Assembly (NCBI GenBank): GCA_946187475.1
Contig: CAMHRJ010000001.1
Span: 1 to 30,243 of the forward strand
Source: an uncultured Clostridia bacterium
GTDB taxonomy: Bacteria; Bacillota; Clostridia; Oscillospirales; Oscillospiraceae
Length of the DNA: 30,243 nucleotides
Reading direction: 5' to 3'
Each line of letters opens with the position of its first letter. Position 1 is the first letter of the stretch. Positions 7,824 through 14,301 of this stretch are shown piece after piece. The position numbers were made by a program, and so were the translations under genes. Under the pieces are notes generated by a model that was given only the letters and a program-made list of their open reading frames with translations, was not told the DNA's origin and did no database searches.

Positions 7824-9321
7824 GGTGCATTTCTCCTGTTACAATGGCTTTTAATTCTTTTCGGTCGATCTTTCCCGTGCGCGTCATGGGAAAGGCGCTG
7901 ACCCTGCGCAGCTGCGCGGGCAGCATATATTTCGGCAGCTTGCTTCTCAGTGCCGCGGCGAGGGCCTTTTCCTCCGCCTCGCCCTGATAAAACAGCACCA
8001 GCCGCAGGGCCTCCGCGTCATAGACGCAGGCGGAAACCGCGACGCCCTCCGCCGCGTTGGCGCAGAGCTCGATCTCGCCCAGCTCGATGCGGTGTCCCAT
8101 GTGCTTGATCTGTGTATCCTTCCGGCCGGCATAGTACAGCACGCCCTGGCGCAGAAAGCCCAGATCGCCGGTGCGGTACATCCGCTCGGGAAAGGCCTCG
8201 CAGCGGGGATTGGGCACGAAGGCCTCCGCTGTGAGGGCGGGTCTGCGATAATAGCCCATGGCCAGGCAGGAGCCGGTCACGCAGATCTCTCCGATCTGCC
8301 CGTCCTCCGTCACCGCCGCATCCCCGTCCAGCAGGAACACCTCGCAGTTCGGGAAGGCCGTGCCGATGGGGATGGCCGCCTCCGGCGCCGCGCCCGGCGC
8401 CACGATGTGATAGGTGCAGTTGCAGGTGATCTCCGTCGGGCCGTAGAGATTCACGAACCGAACCCCCGGCAGATGGCGCTGCCAGTACTGCAGCGTTTTC
8501 GGCGGGAGCACCTCGCCGGAAAAGAGGACGTTCTTCAGTCCCTCCGGCTTTACGCTCTCGAAGGTGTTGAGCTCCGCCACGATCTTCAGCGCCGGCACCG
8601 CCCAGATCAGCGTGTCGATGCGCCGCTCGATGATGCGCTCCATCAGCAGCTTCGGGAAGGAAAACAGCTTTTTCTCCAGGATTTCCACGGTTCCGCCGGT
8701 CTTCAGGGCCAGGAAGATGTCCTTGACCGACACGTCAAAGTCAAAGGGCGCCTGGTTGCCGAAGACCGTGCCCTCCGGAAACCGGAAGACCCGCTGGAAC
8801 TGCTCCGCCATGTCGATGACCGAGCGGTGGCTCACCGAGACGCCCTTGGGCTCTCCGGTGGAGCCGGACGTAAAGATCACATACAGCAGATCGGTGTCCT
8901 TCCGGCCCGTCCAGGGCTCACATTGGGCGGGATTGCCGCGCAGCTGGTCGGGCGTCAGCGTCCGACGTGCGCCCAGGGCATCGGTGCTGCGGGCGGGCTC
9001 CATGAGCAAAACCGCCTCCGGCTCCGTCACGGCGAGCATCCGCTCCACCCGCTCCCGGGGCAGGGTCAAGTCCAGCGGAATGTAATAATTGCCGCTGTAG
9101 ACCACGGCGAAGAAGCCCAGCAGGTCCTGCACCGTGTGGCGAATCGACACCGCAACGGGCCGGTTTTCCGTTCCCAGGGCTTCGTGCAGATTCCGCCCCA
9201 GGGCGGAAATGGAATCCCAGGCCTCCCGATAGGTCAGGCGGGTATTCCGGTCGGAAAAGGCGATCCGCTCCGGAAATCGCTCCGCCGAGGCTTTGAAATA
9301 GGACAGTACGTTGATGATCAT
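7816..9321 (-). CDS. Stand-alone amino-acid adenylation enzyme (DltA-like AMP-binding ligase)
   Basis: A3 YVIFTSGSTGEPKG, A4 PFDFDVS, FSGEVL, A5 NLYGPTE, A7 YRTGDLG, A8 GRKDTQIKHMGHRIELGEIE and A10 TRTGKIDRK. ATG 9321 is preferred (GGATGG 9 nt upstream); ATG 9330 is the alternative. Confidence 0.9.
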   Translation of the reverse strand: MIINVLSYFKASAERFPERIAFSDRNTRLTYREAWDSISALGRNLHEALGTENRPVAVSIRHTVQDLLGFFAVVYSGNYYIPLDLTLPRERVERMLAVTEPEAVLLMEPARSTDALGARRTLTPDQLRGNPAQCEPWTGRKDTDLLYVIFTSGSTGEPKGVSVSHRSVIDMAEQFQRVFRFPEGTVFGNQAPFDFDVSVKDIFLALKTGGTVEILEKKLFSFPKLLMERIIERRIDTLIWAVPALKIVAELNTFESVKPEGLKNVLFSGEVLPPKTLQYWQRHLPGVRFVNLYGPTEITCNCTYHIVAPGAAPEAAIPIGTAFPNCEVFLLDGDAAVTEDGQIGEICVTGSCLAMGYYRRPALTAEAFVPNPRCEAFPERMYRTGDLGFLRQGVLYYAGRKDTQIKHMGHRIELGEIELCANAAEGVAVSACVYDAEALRLVLFYQGEAEEKALAAALRSKLPKYMLPAQLRRVSAFPMTRTGKIDRKELKAIVTGEMHHG

Positions 9322-9378
9322 GAACAGCATCCATCCGATCGATGGTTTTGCAGGAGATGCCTCCTGCCTAATTTGATA

Positions 9379-9407
9379 ATTATATCATAGTAGATTTTGG
9401 GTGTCAA
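9379..9407 (-). promoter_or_regulatory. Consensus extended SigA promoter of the dlt-like operon
   Basis: TTGACA (9407-9402), 17-nt spacer, TGn-TATAAT (9384-9379). Confidence 0.85.
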
Positions 9408-9456
9408 CGAACGGACAGGCCTCGCGGCGGACGGGAATTTTAACGACCGCATTTGC

Positions 9457-9485
9457 TTGACGCGGATGCGGGCGCATCCTATAAT
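9457..9485 (+). promoter_or_regulatory. SigA promoter of cls with a palindromic spacer
   Basis: TTGACG (9457-9462), 17-nt spacer, TATAAT (9480-9485). The spacer contains GGATGCG-gg-CGCATCC. Confidence 0.8.
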
Positions 9486-9514
9486 AAACAAAAAAGCCCC
9501 GGGAGGGATGCACA

Positions 9515-11080
9515 GTGGATTCCAAGGAAACCGTCGTCATGCTGGCAAAACCCAGGAAGAAAGGCCTGCTCCGGCTGGTGTTCAGCCGCTTTTTTGTGAT
9601 TGTGCTTCTGATCGTTCTGCAGCTGCTTCTGTTCGCGTCGGTCTATCTCTGGCTGCAGCAGTACATGCCCCACTATGTGGTCATCCAGGTCGTCTTCACC
9701 ATTCTGATGATCCTGTATCTGTTCAACAGCAGCATGGACTCCTCGGCCAAGCTCACCTGGATGATGCTGATTGCGGTGCTTCCCTTTATGGGCGCAGCGT
9801 TTCTGCTGTTCACCCAGATGAATTTCGGCCACCGGGCCATCCGGGACCGGGAGGAGGCCCTCATCGACCAGACGAAGCATCTGATTCCCCAGGACGAGAC
9901 CGTGCGCGCGGCCCTGGCGGGAGACATCTACGGCACCGACGATCTGCAGACCTATCTGAGCCGCAGCGGCTGCTTCCCGGTCTACGGCAACACCGAGGTG
10001 CGCTACTTCCCCCTGGGCGAGGAAAAATTCGCCGCCATGCTCCAGGAGCTGGAAAAGGCCCAGCAGTTCATCTTCTTCGAGTACTTCATCATCGAGGAGG
10101 GCTACATGTGGGGCCGCATCCTGGAGATTCTGAAGCGCAAGGCCGCCGCGGGCGTGGACGTGCGCGTCATGTATGACGGCATGTGCGAAATCTCCAACCT
10201 GCCGGCGGACTACCCCAAGCGGCTGGCCAAGGTGGGCATCCGGGCCAAGGCCTTCGCCCCGGTGCGCCCCTTCCTCTCCACCCACTACAACTATCGCGAC
10301 CACCGGAAGATTCTGGTCATCGACGGCAAGGTGGCCTTCAACGGCGGCGTAAATCTGGCGGATGAGTACATCAACCGCAAAAAGCGCTTCGGCCACTGGA
10401 AGGACACGGCAATCATGCTCCGGGGCGAGGCGGTGCAGAGCTTCACGCTGCTGTTCCTGCAGATGTGGAATCTCACGGAGCGGGAGGCGGACTTCACCCA
10501 GGCGAAGCTCCCTGCCCCCGCCGCAGAGGCGCCGGGCTTCGTCATGCCCTACGGCGACTGCCCCCTGGACAACGACAAGGTGGGCGAATCCGTCTACATC
10601 GACATGCTCTACCGCGCCAACACCTATGTCCACATCATGACGCCCTATCTGATCCTGGACGACGAGCTGCTGACGGCGCTGAAATACGCCGCCCAGCGGG
10701 GCACCGACGTGAAGCTGATCCTGCCGGGCATCCCGGACAAATCCACGGCCTACGCCCTGGCCAAATCCCACTATCGGGCTCTGACCGAGGCGGGGGTGCA
10801 GATTTACGAATACACACCGGGCTTCATCCACGCCAAAGTCTGCGTCAGCGACGACATCCGGGCCGTGGTGGGCACCATCAATCTGGACTACCGGAGCCTG
10901 TATCATCACTTCGAGTGCGCCACTTACCTCTACCGGGTGCCCTGCATCGCGGAGATCGCGGCGGACGTTGCCGCCACGCTGGCAAAGTGCCGGGCGGTCA
11001 CCCCGGAGAGCATCAAAGGCGAAAAGCTCTCCTACAGGCTCATGGGCTTTATCCTGAAGCTGGTGGCCCCGCTGATGTAA
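9515..11080 (+). CDS. cls: Cardiolipin synthase
   Basis: Two HKD motifs (DHRKILVIDG, IHAKVCVSDD), GGVNLADEY, WKDT, GTINLDYRS and N-terminal TM helices. GTG start with a GGAGG RBS. Confidence 0.93.
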   Translation: MDSKETVVMLAKPRKKGLLRLVFSRFFVIVLLIVLQLLLFASVYLWLQQYMPHYVVIQVVFTILMILYLFNSSMDSSAKLTWMMLIAVLPFMGAAFLLFTQMNFGHRAIRDREEALIDQTKHLIPQDETVRAALAGDIYGTDDLQTYLSRSGCFPVYGNTEVRYFPLGEEKFAAMLQELEKAQQFIFFEYFIIEEGYMWGRILEILKRKAAAGVDVRVMYDGMCEISNLPADYPKRLAKVGIRAKAFAPVRPFLSTHYNYRDHRKILVIDGKVAFNGGVNLADEYINRKKRFGHWKDTAIMLRGEAVQSFTLLFLQMWNLTEREADFTQAKLPAPAAEAPGFVMPYGDCPLDNDKVGESVYIDMLYRANTYVHIMTPYLILDDELLTALKYAAQRGTDVKLILPGIPDKSTAYALAKSHYRALTEAGVQIYEYTPGFIHAKVCVSDDIRAVVGTINLDYRSLYHHFECATYLYRVPCIAEIAADVAATLAKCRAVTPESIKGEKLSYRLMGFILKLVAPLM

Positions 11081-11090
11081 CACAACAAAA

Positions 11091-11123
11091 AAGAACGGCA
11101 CACCCGGTTGGGGTGTGCCGTTT
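11091..11123. repeat. Palindromic REP-like element / bidirectional terminator, copy 1
   Basis: AACGGCACACCC-ggttg-GGGTGTGCCGTT with A and T flanks. The arms are identical to the copy at 25538-25570, in inverted orientation. Confidence 0.8.
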
Positions 11124-11127
11124 CGTT

Positions 11128-11643
11128 TCAGTATTCGCCCTGCCAGCGGGGCGGTGCGGGGACGATCTCCCCGGTTTCGAGGCTTTTGGGCACGTCGATC
11201 AGGCGCTGGTTGGCGCTGCCCCGGAACATGAGCTCCAAACTCCGCTCCGAGAGCAGGAAGGGCCCGTCCACCAGCACATCCAGCAGTGACAGAAGCCGGC
11301 GCTGCGCCTCAGTTCCGGCATCGCGCAGATGCTCAAAGGTGTAGCCCGTGTAGCTTGCGATCTCATATCCCTCGGCCTTCAGCCGCTCCGCCAGCTCGCA
11401 AAAGCCCTCCGCCTGGGCAAAGGGTTCGCCGCCGGAGAAGGTCACGCCGCGGCAGAGGGGATTCTCCATGGCAATGCGCGCAAGGGTTTCGGTGTCCATG
11501 GGCGTTCCCTCGCCGAAGGCCCAGGTCTCCGGGTTCTGGCAGCCCTCGCAGTGATGGGGACAGCCCTGGGCAAAATACGCCGTGCGGATGCCGGGACCGT
11601 CGACGATGGAGTCCTCGGCAATCCCGGCCATTTGGATCATCAT
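11128..11643 (-). CDS. nrdG: Anaerobic ribonucleotide reductase activating enzyme (radical SAM)
   Basis: SIVDGPGIR, CxxxCxxC (CPHHCEGC), GVTFSGGEPF, DVLVDGPF and FRGSANQR, directly downstream of nrdD. Confidence 0.95.
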   Translation of the reverse strand: MMIQMAGIAEDSIVDGPGIRTAYFAQGCPHHCEGCQNPETWAFGEGTPMDTETLARIAMENPLCRGVTFSGGEPFAQAEGFCELAERLKAEGYEIASYTGYTFEHLRDAGTEAQRRLLSLLDVLVDGPFLLSERSLELMFRGSANQRLIDVPKSLETGEIVPAPPRWQGEY

Positions 11644-11646
11644 GGG

Positions 11647-11802
11647 TTACTTCGCGATGCTGTGCTTGACGCGGTCGCGCTCCTCGGCCTTCTTGGCGTC
11701 GTTCCACTTGTCCATGGTACCCACGAGATAGCCGGTGATGCGGCGGATGCGCTCGAAGCCGACGCCGGCGCCCATTTTGCTCTGCTTGGAATCTACGGTC
11801 AT
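11647..11802 (-). CDS. Stand-alone 51-aa glycyl-radical domain of class III RNR (detached NrdD C-terminus); not in the ORF track
   Basis: My translation is MTVDSKQSKMGAGVGFERIRRITGYLVGTMDKWNDAKKAEERDRVKHSIAK. It carries the NrdD RxxGYL glycyl-radical loop and the C-terminal ExxDRVKH motif. AGGAGG RBS at 11816-11811, ATG at 11802, TAA at 11649-11647. Confidence 0.9.
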   Translation of the reverse strand: MTVDSKQSKMGAGVGFERIRRITGYLVGTMDKWNDAKKAEERDRVKHSIAK

Positions 11803-11835
11803 AACTGGTTCCTCCTGTTTATCTTCGTTTTTTGT

Positions 11836-14115
11836 TTATTCGATACCGACAAATGCTTTGATCTGCGGGAATTTCTTGATGAGCTCCTGCATCCGCTCCT
11901 CGGAGACGGCCTCGCCTTCCTTGCGGCCGCAGCGGGGGCAGGTGTCGCCGATGACGCCCACATAGCCGCAGATGGGATCGCGGTCCACGGGATGGTTGAT
12001 GGAGCCGTAGCCGATGCCCTCATCGTGCATGCACCGGACGATCTGCTCAAAGGCCTCCACGTTCTTGGCGGTGTCGCCGTCCAGCTCCACATAGGAGATG
12101 TGGCCGGCGTTGCACAGGGCGTGGTAGGGCGCCTCGATGTGGATCTTCTCATAGGCGCTGATGGGATACCAGACCGGCACGTGGAAGGAGTTGGTGTAGT
12201 ACTCCCGGTCCGTCACGCCGGGGATCCTGCCATAGCGCTGGCGGTCCATGCGGGTGAAGCGGCCGGACAGGCCCTCCGCCGGGGTGGCCAGCAGGGTGAA
12301 GTTCATCTTCATGGCCTGGGACTTGTCATCGCAGAACTTGCGCATGCGGCCGATGATCTCCAGACCCTTTTCCTGCATGGCGGGGTCCTCCGCGTGGTTC
12401 TTGCCGTAGAGGGCGGTCAGGGTCTCCGCCAGGCCGATGAAGCCGATGGAGAGCGTTCCGTGCTTGAGCACCTCGCGCACCTCGTCATAGGGGCCCAGCT
12501 TGTCGGAATCCAGCCACACGCCCTGTCCCATGAGGAAGGGATAGTTGTAGACGCGCTTTTTCGCCTGGATCTCAAAGCGGTCCAGCAGCTGCTGCGCCAC
12601 CAGCTCCAGCATGTCATCCAGCATTTTCAGGAATCGCGCCTCGTCGCCCTTGGCCTCCAGCGCCAGACGCGGCAGGTTGATGGAGGTGAAGGACAGGTTG
12701 CCGCGGGAATAGGAGATCTCCTGCTCCGGGTCATAGACGTTGCCGAGCACGCGGGTGCGGCAGCCCATGGTGGCCACCTCCGTCTCCGGACGGCCGGGCA
12801 CATAGTACTTGAGGTTGTACGGGCTGTCCAGGAACACGTAGTTCGGGAACAGGCGCTTGGCGGAAACCTTGCAGCTCAGGCGGAACAGATCGTAGTTCGG
12901 GTCGCCTTCGTTGTAGTTCACGCCCTCTTTGACCTTAAAGATGTGGATCGGGAAGATGCAGGTCTCGCCGTGGCCCAGACCGGCGTCCAGCGCCAGCAGC
13001 ACGTTGCGGATGACCATGCGGCCCTCGGGCGTGGTATCGGTACCGTAGTTGATGGAGGAGAACGGCGTCTGCGCGCCGGCGCGGGAGTGCATGGTGTTCA
13101 GGTTGTGCACAAAGCCCTCCATGGCCTGATAGGTGTCGCGCTCGGTCTGATCCTCGGCCCGGCGGCGTGCCCGCGCAACCAGGTGCGCCGCAACGTCTGC
13201 CTCGATGCACAAACTATCATACAGATGCGAGGCGAGGGAAGCGTCGAAGCCCTCGGTGGGCTCCAGCGCATTGGGCCCGAAGGAGGCTTCCGTTTTCTCG
13301 ATGGCCTCTGCCACTGCATCGGCGAGATTGTCCTCGTCCAGATGATCCTCCACCACGTCCGTCAGCTTTTTGCGGAACTGGCTGCGGAAAGTCTTTCCCA
13401 CGCCCAGGGCCATGCCGTAGTCAAAGTTGGGGATGGACTGGCCGCCGTGCTGGTCGTTCTGGTTGGACTGGATCGCGATGGCGGCGAGGGCGGCGTAGCT
13501 CTGGATGGACTGGGGCTCGCGCAGGAAACCGTGGCCGGTGGAAAAGCCGTCTTTGAACAGGCGGATGATGTCGATCTGGGTGCAGGTGGTGGTGAGAGCA
13601 TAGAAATCGAAGTCATGGATGTGGATATCGCCCTCGCGCTGGGCTTTGGCGTGCTCCGGGCGGAGCAGATAGGCCTCGTTATAGGCCTTGGCGCCGGCAG
13701 CGCCGATCTGCAGCATGGCGCCCATGGCGGTATCACCGTCGATGTTGCCGTTTTCGCGCTTCAGGTCGGAGAGCTTCGCGTCCTTGCTGGCGATCTCATC
13801 GATGGTCTTCATCAGCGTGGTGCGGGACTCCCGCGCGCGGGTGCGGGTGGCGCGATAGATGATATAGGACTTGGCCGTGTTGGTGAACTCATGGTGCATG
13901 AGCTCCTGCTCCACCATGTCCTGAATGACCTCGATCTGGGGCGGCTCTGCGCCGCAGCGGCTTTCCAGCGCGCTCTCAACGGCTTCCGCCACACGGGCAG
14001 CGTCCGCCACCGTGCCTTCGCCCGAGGCCCGCATCGCCCGCAGCACCGCAAGGGCGATTTTCTCTCTGTCATAGGGGACGACGCGGCCGTCCCGCTTGAT
14101 AATCATCTGTATCAT
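11836..14115 (-). CDS. nrdD: Class III anaerobic ribonucleoside-triphosphate reductase, catalytic subunit lacking the glycyl-radical C-terminus
   Basis: N-terminal ATP cone (IIKRDGRVVPYDREKI), GDIHIHD, TTTCTQID, finger loop TMGCRT, ATPAEGL, YYTNSFHVP, GHISYVE and a Zn-ribbon-like DPIC...CPRC, ending AFVGIE-stop. Start moved from 14283 to ATG 14115 (GGAGA RBS). Confidence 0.95.
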   Translation of the reverse strand: MIQMIIKRDGRVVPYDREKIALAVLRAMRASGEGTVADAARVAEAVESALESRCGAEPPQIEVIQDMVEQELMHHEFTNTAKSYIIYRATRTRARESRTTLMKTIDEIASKDAKLSDLKRENGNIDGDTAMGAMLQIGAAGAKAYNEAYLLRPEHAKAQREGDIHIHDFDFYALTTTCTQIDIIRLFKDGFSTGHGFLREPQSIQSYAALAAIAIQSNQNDQHGGQSIPNFDYGMALGVGKTFRSQFRKKLTDVVEDHLDEDNLADAVAEAIEKTEASFGPNALEPTEGFDASLASHLYDSLCIEADVAAHLVARARRRAEDQTERDTYQAMEGFVHNLNTMHSRAGAQTPFSSINYGTDTTPEGRMVIRNVLLALDAGLGHGETCIFPIHIFKVKEGVNYNEGDPNYDLFRLSCKVSAKRLFPNYVFLDSPYNLKYYVPGRPETEVATMGCRTRVLGNVYDPEQEISYSRGNLSFTSINLPRLALEAKGDEARFLKMLDDMLELVAQQLLDRFEIQAKKRVYNYPFLMGQGVWLDSDKLGPYDEVREVLKHGTLSIGFIGLAETLTALYGKNHAEDPAMQEKGLEIIGRMRKFCDDKSQAMKMNFTLLATPAEGLSGRFTRMDRQRYGRIPGVTDREYYTNSFHVPVWYPISAYEKIHIEAPYHALCNAGHISYVELDGDTAKNVEAFEQIVRCMHDEGIGYGSINHPVDRDPICGYVGVIGDTCPRCGRKEGEAVSEERMQELIKKFPQIKAFVGIE

Positions 14116-14128
14116 GTCTGATTCTCCA

Positions 14129-14144
14129 TAACTATATATTGTGG
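14129..14144. promoter_or_regulatory. NrdR box 1
   Basis: Minus strand CCACAATATATAGTTA matches the NrdR consensus acaCwAtATaTwGtgt. It lies just upstream of the nrdD RBS. Confidence 0.8.
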
Positions 14145-14161
14145 TGTTTCTGGAAGGTTCG

Positions 14162-14177
14162 CAACTAAATATAGCAT
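14162..14177. promoter_or_regulatory. NrdR box 2
   Basis: CAACTAAATATAGCAT, one core mismatch. It is 33 bp from box 1 and overlaps the -10 element. Confidence 0.7.
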
Positions 14178-14196
14178 TATTATCGAAACGTGTCAA
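14168..14196 (-). promoter_or_regulatory. SigA promoter of the nrdD operon
   Basis: TTGACA (14196-14191), 17-nt spacer, TGn-TATATT (14173-14168). Confidence 0.8.
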
Positions 14197-14262
14197 GCCG
14201 TCCGGGCAAGAATCTTGCTGCCGTGAACCCGGTGTTCCGATGGGGAAATATGGCCGGATGCA

Positions 14263-14295
14263 AAAAACCTGTCCGCAATTCACGGACAGGTTTTT
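14263..14295 (-). terminator. Intrinsic terminator after the ABC exporter operon
   Basis: AAAAACCTGTCCG-caattca-CGGACAGGTTTTT, immediately downstream of the stop at 14302. Confidence 0.85.
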
Positions 14296-14301
14296 GGGGG
14301 G

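Noticed and set aside
4171-9321. Naming the operon dltABCD, or treating it as an NRPS
   Set aside because: Dlt signature residues differ and the last gene is a fusion. There are no condensation or thioesterase domains.
11329-14121. 930-aa plus-strand ORF, and similar long antisense ORFs (2473-4146, 4357-6063, 6255-7901, 9479-11101, 14389-16143, 16140-17948, 20990-23251, 23785-24921)
   Set aside because: They mirror well-supported genes on the opposite strand and have no family motifs or RBS. Such shadow ORFs are expected with high-GC codon bias.
14116-14283. N-terminal extension of nrdD in the ORF track (also the extensions at 2470, 19464, 23833 and 29391)
   Set aside because: The extensions run through promoters, operators or terminators. 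Downstream starts have proper RBSs and match family N-termini.
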